Source of the DNA: Candidatus Nanopusillus sp.
GTDB taxonomy: Archaea; Nanobdellota; Nanobdellia; Nanobdellales; Nanobdellaceae
Length of the DNA: 32,000 bases
Reading direction: 5' to 3'
Assembly (NCBI GenBank): GCA_049414405.1
Contig: JBMSAQ010000002.1
Location: 51,229-83,228 of the forward strand
Part shown: piece after piece, positions 18,514-25,980 of the stretch
How positions within the stretch are numbered: the first letter of the stretch is position 1
Layout: every line of letters starts with the position of its first letter
Notes under the pieces: generated by a model
The model's input: only the letters and a program-made list of their open reading frames with translations
What the model was told of the DNA's origin: nothing
Databases searched by the model: none
Made by a program: the position numbers and the translations under genes

Positions 18514-20649
18514 ATGAAAGGTAAGGATATTGTGCTAATTACATCAGCATTACCATATGTAAATAATGTACCACACATAGGAAATATTACTGGAAGTCTT
18601 TTACCTTCAGATATATTTGCAAGATATAATAGATTAAAGGGTAATATTATATTTTATTTATGTGGAACGGATGATCATGGATCCACTACAGAGGTAGAGG
18701 CAATTAAAAGAAAGAAAAAACCCGAAGAAATAGTTAAATTCTTTCATAATGTACATAAAGAAATATATAAATGGTTTAATTTCTCATTTGATCAATTTAG
18801 TCAAACATCAAACAATCATTTACATTATAAAATAGTCCAAGAATTGTTTATTAAAGCCTATATAAATGGATATATAGTAGAAAAAGAGGTTGAATTACCA
18901 TATGATCCTGAATGGAATAAATTCCTAGCAGATAGATTTGTTGTGGGAAAATGTCCATATTGTGGATATGAAAATGCAAGAGGAGATCAATGTGAAAGTT
19001 GTGGTAGATTATTAGATCCAAAAGAATTAATTGATCCAAAAAATTCAATCACTGGAAATAAAATTATGTTTAGAAAAACAAAACATTTATATTTAAACTT
19101 AACTAAGTTAGAAGATAAAATAAAAGAATATTTAGAAAGTAAAAAAGGTATATTTACAGATTTGGCAATAACAATGTCTTTATCATGGATAAAGGAAGGA
19201 TTAAAGGAAAGAAGTATAACTAGAGATCTATCTTTTGGAGTACCGGTCCCATATAAAGAATTATGGCAAATAACAATTAAGAAAATATTTAATAAATTAC
19301 CATTCAATTCAAAAGATGCTTTTATTGATTCTTTGGTAAATGCATTGAGAGAAGAAGGTTTGGTAATAAATACAGATGAGTATGCATATATCTTAAAAAT
19401 TGTAGAGGAAAATTGGCCAAAAATTGATAGTATATTAAATTTGTACAATCATTTTGAAGAGTATAAAAATAAAGTATTGTATGTTTGGTATGACGCATTA
19501 ATTGGATATATATCATTTGTCGCTCAAAAATTAAAGGAAGAATATTTGTATGATGACGTAAAGGATGAAAATATTAATGATATATCTTTATTAGAAGATA
19601 ATGGAAAAATAATTAAAATAAAAATAAATAATAGAATATATGAATTAGAATATAAAATAGATGGAAGCATTTTATATTTATCTAGATTCTATAATGAATT
19701 TTTTAATTTATATAAGATATTAAAATTCTTATTCGAAAATAAAAAAGTTGTAAAAATTATCCTAGATATTAATTGGAGAGAATTTTGGATAAATGGAAAA
19801 GTATATCATTTCTTGGGTAAGGATAATATCCCATTTCATGCAGTATTCTGGCCAGCAATTTTATTATCTACGCATAATGTAAGTGATAATTATAAAGAAT
19901 TCTTTGAATATACAAAGTTAGATAATTATAGTTTACCATATAATGTAATTGGTTTATCTTATTTAACATATGAAAATAGAAAAATTAGTAAAAGTCAAAA
20001 CTGGGGTATATTCTGCGATTCTTTAATTAAATCCGATCTAGATCCTGACTATTGGAGATTCTATCTTTCATATATTTTACCGTATAATAGAGATTCTGAC
20101 TTTAAGTGGGATGATTTTCAATCTGTTATAAATAACGAATTAATAAATAATATAGGAAATCTCACTCATAGAGTTCTGTCTTTTGTTAGAAAATATTATA
20201 ATAATAAAGTAGATGGTAGTGTTAGAAAAGATGTAATAAGTAAGATAACAGATACACTAAATGAATATCATAAATATATGGATAAAGGAGAATTTAATTT
20301 AGCTTTAAGAAAGATATTAGAATTATCTAGTTACGGAAATAAAATATTTCAAGAAAATAAACCATGGGAAAATCCTGAAAATAATAAAAGTTTAGTTAAA
20401 TCTTTAGTTATATTACTAATTTCTGTATATACAATGTTATATCCATTTATACCAAATTCTTCTGAAAGATTCTTTGAATTTATAAATTATAAAAAAATAT
20501 CTTTTGATAACCTTAATATTCTTCTACAATTTTCCAATAATATAGTTATAGAAATTGTTAAAGAACCACAAATTCTTTTTAGTAAGGTTGATGATAATTT
20601 AATAAATAAATTGAAACAGACAGTAACTAAACCTTCGATAAACTTATAA
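18514..20649 (+). CDS. metG: Methionyl-tRNA synthetase with two large internal insertions
   Basis: 711 aa. Motifs are PHIGN (HIGH), the zinc knuckle CPYCGY..CESCG, YVWYDALIGYIS, HFLGKDNIPFHAVFWPA and KISKS (KMSKS). Confidence 0.9.
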   Translation: MKGKDIVLITSALPYVNNVPHIGNITGSLLPSDIFARYNRLKGNIIFYLCGTDDHGSTTEVEAIKRKKKPEEIVKFFHNVHKEIYKWFNFSFDQFSQTSNNHLHYKIVQELFIKAYINGYIVEKEVELPYDPEWNKFLADRFVVGKCPYCGYENARGDQCESCGRLLDPKELIDPKNSITGNKIMFRKTKHLYLNLTKLEDKIKEYLESKKGIFTDLAITMSLSWIKEGLKERSITRDLSFGVPVPYKELWQITIKKIFNKLPFNSKDAFIDSLVNALREEGLVINTDEYAYILKIVEENWPKIDSILNLYNHFEEYKNKVLYVWYDALIGYISFVAQKLKEEYLYDDVKDENINDISLLEDNGKIIKIKINNRIYELEYKIDGSILYLSRFYNEFFNLYKILKFLFENKKVVKIILDINWREFWINGKVYHFLGKDNIPFHAVFWPAILLSTHNVSDNYKEFFEYTKLDNYSLPYNVIGLSYLTYENRKISKSQNWGIFCDSLIKSDLDPDYWRFYLSYILPYNRDSDFKWDDFQSVINNELINNIGNLTHRVLSFVRKYYNNKVDGSVRKDVISKITDTLNEYHKYMDKGEFNLALRKILELSSYGNKIFQENKPWENPENNKSLVKSLVILLISVYTMLYPFIPNSSERFFEFINYKKISFDNLNILLQFSNNIVIEIVKEPQILFSKVDDNLINKLKQTVTKPSINL

Positions 20650-20767
20650 ATAAAAATTTATAAACCAAAAATAAAAAATTAAAAATATGAATGATGCCGA
20701 TGAAAACCCGCGTATATTATATCTAATATATCCCACAAATAAATATCTGATATATTATTCTACCTTA

Positions 20768-20803
20768 TTTCTTTTGTCCTTCTTGTTTCTTTTGTCCTTC
20801 TTG
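20768..20803. repeat. Perfect 2 x 18-nt tandem direct repeat (TTTCTTTTGTCCTTCTTG)
   Basis: I verified base by base that 20768-20785 equals 20786-20803. The repeat lies in the 521-nt gap between metG and trm5. Confidence 0.9.
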
Positions 20804-21125
20804 TCTTTTTCCCTTTGCCATAATATATTATTATTTAGAATATTTAAAAATCTTTCACTTTTTTATAACTTCAAATGAATACCAATACATAGTGAAAGCA
20901 TAAACAGATTGTGTATTTATAAATAACTTATAAATGGGTTTATATATAGATATTTATAAAGTAATCGGGATATATCAAAATATCAAGATAATATATACAA
21001 TTTAGATTCCCAAAGATGTAATATATAAATCAATATTGACTAAAAGATTGATTAACTAATATATTAAAAATAATAAGAATAATTAAGAATAAAGAAAGGG
21101 AAAATAAATAGTATAAATCTATATT

Positions 21126-21152
21126 AACAATAAAAAATATATTTTTATTGTT
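21126..21152. repeat. Perfect 11-bp inverted repeat (AACAATAAAAA / TTTTTATTGTT) around a 5-nt ATATA centre
   Basis: Read directly from the sequence. The right arm ends 18 nt upstream of the trm5 ATG. Confidence 0.8.
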
Positions 21153-21170
21153 TTTTATTTAGAATATATT

Positions 21171-22112
21171 ATGTCTTATGATATTGTAGGGAATATAGCT
21201 ATAATTAAAAAACCGTTAAAATATAATGAAGAAGAATATGTAAAAAGGATATTGGAAAAACATAAATTTATAAGAACAATTTTATTACAAGAAACAGATG
21301 TCTTACCCCCATATAGAATTCCAAAATATAGAATTTTATATGGAGAAAATAAAACTGAAACAATTAATATTGAATATGGGTTAAAATTTAAGGTAGATGT
21401 TTCTAGATGTTATTATTCTCCAAGGTTAAGCAATGAAAGATACAGGATTGCAAAACAAGTAAAAGAAAATGAAGAAGTTTTGGTGTTGTTTTCTGGTGTA
21501 AATGTATATTCAATATATATAGCAAAATATTCAAAAGCAAAAATAATTTATTCAATTGAATTGAATCCTTTTGCAGTAAAATATGGATTAGAGAATTTAA
21601 GGATAAATAAAGTAAATAACGTCATTACATTTTTAGGAGATGTAAGAGATATATCAAAATATATTGGTTATTTAGAAGATAGAGATGGGATAATAAAAAA
21701 TGATAAAGAATATATAAAAGATATAACTGATTCCGGGTTAGAAATAAACACTTTATATATTTATGAATACGATGAAATAGTAGAAAATATAAAATATAAA
21801 AAATTAAGATATATTAGCGAATTGGAAAATTTAGAAAAATTTAATAAGAAGTTTGATAGAATTATAATGCCATTACCAAAAGAAAGTCATACATTTTTAG
21901 AATATGCAATACCTTTAATAAAAAATAATGGAATAATACATCTATACCAATTCTTTGAAGAAGAAGAAATAAAAGAAAAAGCTATATATTTATTAGAAAG
22001 ATATTCTAGTGAATTAAACTTTAAATATGAGATATTAAATATATTAAAAGTTGGTGATATAGCCCCAGGAAATTACAGAGTTTGCATAGATTTTAAAGTT
22101 ATAAAAAACTAA
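21171..22112 (+). CDS. trm5: tRNA (guanine37-N1)-methyltransferase Trm5 / Taw22-like
   Basis: 313 aa. Motifs are SYDIVGNIAIIK, YYSPRLSNERYRIAKQV, VLVLFSGVNVYSI (SAM), IELNPFAVKYGLENLRINKV and DRIIMPLP. Confidence 0.8.
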   Translation: MSYDIVGNIAIIKKPLKYNEEEYVKRILEKHKFIRTILLQETDVLPPYRIPKYRILYGENKTETINIEYGLKFKVDVSRCYYSPRLSNERYRIAKQVKENEEVLVLFSGVNVYSIYIAKYSKAKIIYSIELNPFAVKYGLENLRINKVNNVITFLGDVRDISKYIGYLEDRDGIIKNDKEYIKDITDSGLEINTLYIYEYDEIVENIKYKKLRYISELENLEKFNKKFDRIIMPLPKESHTFLEYAIPLIKNNGIIHLYQFFEEEEIKEKAIYLLERYSSELNFKYEILNILKVGDIAPGNYRVCIDFKVIKN

Positions 22113-22145
22113 AATTTAAAAATCTCATAAAATTATTTTATCATA

Positions 22146-22604
22146 ATGAGAAGCGACTTCCTCACAACTCTTGTTATAATATTTGGTGTTATATTAGGAA
22201 TTACAATTATCTTATATTTGTTTGTTCCACCCCAAATAGTATTAAAACTTTTGGAAAAAGATACTTCATCATCGAATTCTGTATTGTTTAAAATATCGTA
22301 TATGTACTTTTCTTCTAATGGAATATATGCAATAATATATAATAGTGGATCTGATATAGATTTAAATAATATGAAAGTTACATATACCTATAGCCGAAAT
22401 ATTCATCAAACTGGCACATGTAGTATAGTCACAGATAATTATATATTATATTCAAATTATCAAGCAACAATTAAATTAAATTGTACAAATGAAGATATAA
22501 TAATAGGTAATTTATTATCAAATGAAGGATCTTATGTATTTTCGTTTATGTATGGAAATGTCGTACAGCAAGCTTCTTTACCATTTGAAATTTCAAATCA
22601 ATAA
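22146..22604 (+). CDS. N-terminally membrane-anchored beta-rich protein (possible FlaF/FlaG- or pilin-like)
   Basis: 152 aa. A single N-terminal hydrophobic helix (LTTLVIIFGVILGITIILYLF) is followed by an S/T/N/Y-rich, beta-like region containing AIIYNSGSDIDL. The organisation resembles ORF 25977-26360. Confidence 0.45.
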   Translation: MRSDFLTTLVIIFGVILGITIILYLFVPPQIVLKLLEKDTSSSNSVLFKISYMYFSSNGIYAIIYNSGSDIDLNNMKVTYTYSRNIHQTGTCSIVTDNYILYSNYQATIKLNCTNEDIIIGNLLSNEGSYVFSFMYGNVVQQASLPFEISNQ

Positions 22605-22679
22605 CGGACCCGAGGGGATTCGAACCCCTGACCTACGGCTTAGAAGGCCGTCGCTCTATCCATGCTGAGCTACGGGTCC
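22605..22679 (-). tRNA. tRNA-Arg (anticodon UCU)
   Basis: I folded the reverse complement GGACCCGTAGCTCAGCATGGATAGAGCGACGGCCTTCTAAGCCGTAGGTCAGGGGTTCGAATCCCCTCGGGTCCG by hand. It gives a 7-bp acceptor stem, a GCTC/GAGC D stem, an ACGGC/GCCGT anticodon stem with loop CTTCTAA, and an AGGGG/CCCCT T stem with a TTCGAAT loop. No CCA is encoded and there is no intron. Confidence 0.95.
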
Positions 22680-22722
22680 AATTATAAAAATATTGCATAA
22701 AAAATTAAAATACTTAATTTTA

Positions 22723-22771
22723 TCTGTATATCGATGTTTCATCATTTATCAGCAATGCCTTGCATCTTCAC
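22723..22771 (-). ncRNA. Box C/D sRNA candidate 1
   Basis: The minus strand reads GTGAAGA-TGCAAGGCATTG-CTGA-TAA-ATGATGA-AACATCGATATA-CAGA. That is C box, 12-nt guide, D' box, 3-nt loop, C' box, 12-nt guide, D box. The architecture is identical to the element at 30716-30764. Confidence 0.65.
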
Positions 22772-22850
22772 CATATATATAATTATGTAATGACAATGTT
22801 AAAATTATCGTCCAATATTATGATTTATAAAACGTATAAAAAATCTTAAA

Positions 22851-22921
22851 TGGGACCGCGGGGATTCGAACCCCGATCCCTGGGACCCAAACCCAGGAGC
22901 CTACCACTAGCCTACGGTCCC
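22851..22921 (-). tRNA. tRNA-Pro (anticodon UGG)
   Basis: The reverse complement is GGGACCGTAGGCTAGTGGTAGGCTCCTGGGTTTGGGTCCCAGGGATCGGGGTTCGAATCCCCGCGGTCCCA. It folds with a GGGACCG/CGGTCCC acceptor stem, a D stem GGCT/GGCT (two G-U pairs), an anticodon stem CTGGG/CCCAG with loop TTTGGGT, and a T arm CGGGG-TTCGAAT-CCCCG. The discriminator is A and no CCA is encoded. Confidence 0.9.
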
Positions 22922-22977
22922 TTAAAAATAGAAGATTTTTCAAAAGTTTAAAAGAGTTTTTAATAACATATTAAAAA

Positions 22978-23955
22978 ATGCCACAGCATGGTAGACACAA
23001 ACCTAGAGCAGTATCTATGCAATTTTGGCCAAGAGTAAGAGCTAAGAGGATTTATCCGATAATTAAGAGTTGGCCATTTATTAATAATATTCAACCAGTT
23101 GCATTTGCTGGATATAAGGTTGGTATGACACATATTTTAACAAAAGAAGGAAAATATGTACCTGTATCAATTATAGAAACACCACCGTTAAAAATTCTTG
23201 GAATTAGATTATATAAAAAGGATCCAAATAAAGGACTTCTATCCTTAAAAGATATTATTTCTAATAATTTTGATGAACATATCAAAAGAAAAATAAAAAC
23301 ATTGGAGCCAAATGAAGATTTAGAAAAAGATATTCAAGATGCTGAACAAATATTAGATAAAGTTTCATTAATAAAATTAATTGTATATACACAACCATGG
23401 CTAACAACAATTAAAAAGAAAAAGCCAGAAGTATTTGAAATACCGATTGGGGGAAATAATATTAAAGAAATATTTAATTATGCAAAAAGTTTGTTGGGAA
23501 ATCAAATTAAAATAAGTGATGTATTTAAAGAAGGAGAATATATAGATGTAATTGGAGTAACAAAAGGAAAAGGATTCCAAGGGGAAGTAAGAAGATTCGG
23601 AATAACAATCCAGCCCAGAGAATCAAAGAGGAGTAAATCTGTAAGACATGTAGGTGCCAGAGGGGCAAGAGGAATGAAAAGAATATTTCCAACAACACCA
23701 ATGCCAGGTCAATATGGATTCTTTAGAAGAACAGAATATAACAAATTAATAGCAAAGATTTCTGATAATTATAACGAAATAAATCCAAGCTCTGGCTGGC
23801 CACATTATGGAATTGTAAAGAATACATATGTAATGCTAAAAGGTTCCGTAATAGGGGCAAAGAAAAGATTATTAATATTAAGAAAAGCAGTAAGACCACC
23901 AAAGAATCCTGAAAAAATAGGCATAGAATATATATCTCTACTACCAAAAAACTAA
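22978..23955 (+). CDS. rpl3: 50S ribosomal protein L3 (uL3)
   Basis: 325 aa. Motifs are KPRAVSMQFWPRVRAKR, FAGYKVGMTHI, DVIGVTKGKGFQGEVRRFG and RHVGARGARG. Confidence 0.9.
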   Translation: MPQHGRHKPRAVSMQFWPRVRAKRIYPIIKSWPFINNIQPVAFAGYKVGMTHILTKEGKYVPVSIIETPPLKILGIRLYKKDPNKGLLSLKDIISNNFDEHIKRKIKTLEPNEDLEKDIQDAEQILDKVSLIKLIVYTQPWLTTIKKKKPEVFEIPIGGNNIKEIFNYAKSLLGNQIKISDVFKEGEYIDVIGVTKGKGFQGEVRRFGITIQPRESKRSKSVRHVGARGARGMKRIFPTTPMPGQYGFFRRTEYNKLIAKISDNYNEINPSSGWPHYGIVKNTYVMLKGSVIGAKKRLLILRKAVRPPKNPEKIGIEYISLLPKN

Positions 23956-23956
23956 G

Positions 23957-24253
23957 ATGGAAGTAAAAATATACAGAGTTGAGGGATTAATATTCAAAAT
24001 AAAAATTTTAAAAAATTTAAAGAAAAAAGAGGGTGTTTTAACAAAAAGAAAAGTTGTTTATAAATTTTCAAAAGAATTATTAGGAATAAATGAGAAAGAT
24101 GTTTTAGAAAGGATATATTCATTATTTGGAAGTGTTTATAAAGTAAAAAGAAATAGAATAAAAATATTAAAAATTGAAGAAATTAGCGAAAATGATATAA
24201 AAGATAAAAATTTAAAGAAATTCATAGCATATATCAAAAATGGAAAATTCTAA
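23957..24253 (+). CDS. rplX: 50S ribosomal protein LX (L18Ae/eL20 family)
   Basis: 98 aa. The pattern KIYRVEG....FSKELLGINEKDVLERIYSLFGSVYKVKRNRIKILKIEEI fits LX. The LX-pfdA adjacency is a conserved archaeal arrangement. Confidence 0.7.
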   Translation: MEVKIYRVEGLIFKIKILKNLKKKEGVLTKRKVVYKFSKELLGINEKDVLERIYSLFGSVYKVKRNRIKILKIEEISENDIKDKNLKKFIAYIKNGKF

Positions 24254-24575
24254 TGAACTATTAGAATTTTTGTATAGCCAACTAGAAGCTATACAAAGTA
24301 AAATACTAGAATATGAATTAATAAAGAGTTTTATTAACGAACTAAAAAAACAAGAAGATACATATATAAATTTGGGGGGGTTGATATTTGTTAGAGGATC
24401 AATAAAAGATGACCAAAACTTACTAATAAATATAGGAAGAAATATATTTATTGAAAAAAGTAAAGATGAGGTTTTAAAACTAATAGATGATATAATAAAT
24501 AAACTAAATCAAGATTTAAAAGAAATAAGATCAAAAATAAATCAAATATCTATGAAAAAAACTCCTCAACCTTAA
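24240..24575 (+). CDS. pfdA: Prefoldin alpha subunit
   Basis: 111 aa. Coiled-coil arms flank a central hairpin region (YINLGGLIFVRGSIKDDQNLLINIGRNIFIEKSKDEV). It overlaps rplX by 14 nt. Confidence 0.7.
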   Translation: MENSNELLEFLYSQLEAIQSKILEYELIKSFINELKKQEDTYINLGGLIFVRGSIKDDQNLLINIGRNIFIEKSKDEVLKLIDDIINKLNQDLKEIRSKINQISMKKTPQP

Positions 24576-25185
24576 CAATTTCATGACCTGTGGAATATTT
24601 TCCAATTATTAAATATTCTTTATTAATTTCTATCCCATATCTTAAATATGGGCTTCCAAAATTAATTGATCCTACATCTACAATATAACCTGTAATTTCT
24701 CTTACTTTTTCTATTATTTTATCACTTAATTCTTGACTTATTAATAGTTTATTATTATATAATTTAGATATGCTTCCAAAAAGATATTTTGTTTTTATTT
24801 TATATGCTGGTAGTGATAATTTTTCAGATATCTTTTTTACATCTTTTTCTTTTCCATGAGAATAAATTATCCCATTCTTACCAACTAAAAATATATTTCC
24901 TATAAGATTCTCCATAAAATCTATTTCAACTATATCAAAATGTTTCTTTAATACTTCCTTTAATTTTCCAGAAGCATTAGAACTAATAATTATTTTATTG
25001 TCATACTCTATAAAGTATGGGGTAATAATTGGTAACTCTATATAATATTTTTTTATATCGATATTCATTTTCTCAATACTATTTTTTTCACTTTCGCTTG
25101 CTATAAGAAAGTCTTCAAACATGTGCATTACAATACCTATAGACGGTATACTAATACGATCTGCTTTCTTAACTCTCATTATCAA
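24550..25185 (-). CDS. eif6: Translation initiation factor 6 (aIF6)
   Basis: 211 aa of pentein-like repeats: IGNIFLVGKNGII, GSISKLYNNKLLIS and SINFGSPYLRYGIEINKEYLIIGKYSTGHEI. It is convergent with pfdA, with a 26-nt 3' overlap. Confidence 0.75.
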   Translation of the reverse strand: MIMRVKKADRISIPSIGIVMHMFEDFLIASESEKNSIEKMNIDIKKYYIELPIITPYFIEYDNKIIISSNASGKLKEVLKKHFDIVEIDFMENLIGNIFLVGKNGIIYSHGKEKDVKKISEKLSLPAYKIKTKYLFGSISKLYNNKLLISQELSDKIIEKVREITGYIVDVGSINFGSPYLRYGIEINKEYLIIGKYSTGHEIVKVEEFFS

Positions 25186-25242
25186 TAATAATTACTGAGA
25201 ATAATTATAAAACTTATATATTTTAGAATATTTAAAATTTGT

Positions 25243-25980
25243 ATGAGTATCTTCTCTAACATATTTAAAAAGAAAAATGACAACAAAAATGCTCAAAACA
25301 TCAATTTTATACCTCAACAAAATATTATAAACCAAAATTATATATCAGAAATAAAAAATATTATAAACTCTATTGAAGGTTTAGCAAAAAGTGTAAGAGA
25401 GTTAGAGAATAAAGTGTCTGAAATTTCTAGCAATATATCAAATATCAACTCTATAGTAGAAAATCATCAAAATGAAATAAATAGCATTAAAAATAACTTA
25501 GAAAAAGTTTTCTCTGTATATGAAATGTTAATAAAAAATTATAATCCATTCGTAGAAGAAGAAAAAAAGGATGAAGTATTGAATATTCAAGTTATAAATG
25601 AGAACAAGATAGAAAATTCAGAAAATAATATATTACCATTGAGCAAGCTTGACGATAATCCAACTACTTCTTCAATTGTAATTGGTTGGTTAGCATATTT
25701 AGTTAAAAAATCAAATATAGAAGAAGTAGACAATGCATTAGATTATTATGAATCTATCAATTGGATAACTGAAAAAGTAAAAATAAAATTAAAGGAGTAT
25801 TTAAATGGATTGAAAGGCGTTGAAAGTGAAAATAAAAAACTATTACCAATGGATCATATAGTAAGTTTATATATAATATCAAAATTGGTTCAAATAAATA
25901 GTTCAAATAATATAGAAAGATTAAAAGATTTGTATAATGAGCTAATCAAGAAAGGTTATATATCACCAATAAAAAGATGA
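25243..25980 (+). CDS. Archaellum accessory protein, FlaD/FlaE (ArlD/E) family
   Basis: 245 aa. An N-terminal coiled coil is followed by the FlaD/E domain pattern LPL..LDDNP.TSSIVIGWLAYLVKKSN....ALDYYESINWITEKV...LKEYLNG. Confidence 0.75.
   Translation: MSIFSNIFKKKNDNKNAQNINFIPQQNIINQNYISEIKNIINSIEGLAKSVRELENKVSEISSNISNINSIVENHQNEINSIKNNLEKVFSVYEMLIKNYNPFVEEEKKDEVLNIQVINENKIENSENNILPLSKLDDNPTTSSIVIGWLAYLVKKSNIEEVDNALDYYESINWITEKVKIKLKEYLNGLKGVESENKKLLPMDHIVSLYIISKLVQINSSNNIERLKDLYNELIKKGYISPIKR

Noticed and set aside
18851-19516. Three minus-strand ORFs inside metG: 18851-19048, 18987-19448 and 19322-19516.
   Set aside because: They are antisense to MetRS. The 153-aa one coincides with the insertion-rich region, but it has no start or stop context or motif suggesting a real nested gene.
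19258-19773. Inteins as an explanation for the MetRS inserts (and similarly the TyrRS and Trm5 inserts).
   Set aside because: The inserts are about 60-80 aa, below mini-intein size. They lack the N-terminal Cys/Ser and C-terminal His-Asn plus Cys/Ser/Thr junctions and the block A/B/F/G motifs.
20691-20750. A plus-strand C/D-box-like element: ATGATGC at 20691-20697 and CTGA at 20747-20750.
   Set aside because: The box-to-box distance is 49 nt rather than about 38. No D'/C' pair lies at 12-nt spacing, and the C-like box ends in C. It does not fit the architecture shared by the two convincing candidates.
20687-20878. A 63-aa plus-strand ORF (MNDADENPRILYLIY...LSFLFLLSFLSF...).
   Set aside because: It is low-complexity Leu/Ser/Phe sequence generated by reading through the pyrimidine-rich tandem repeat. 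It has no motif, and the minus-strand interpretation is at least as plausible.
20650-21170. A split tRNA half-gene, as in Nanoarchaeum, within the long spacer.
   Set aside because: There is no T-arm (GTTCRANYC) or D-arm consensus. The only GC-rich stretch is 17 nt long and cannot form an acceptor or anticodon helix with nearby sequence.
24550-24575. The 26-nt convergent 3' overlap of pfdA and eif6 as a regulatory antisense arrangement.
   Set aside because: It is consistent with general genome compaction seen throughout the window, and no extra structure supports a special role. The pfdA tail (MKKTPQP) is poorly conserved.
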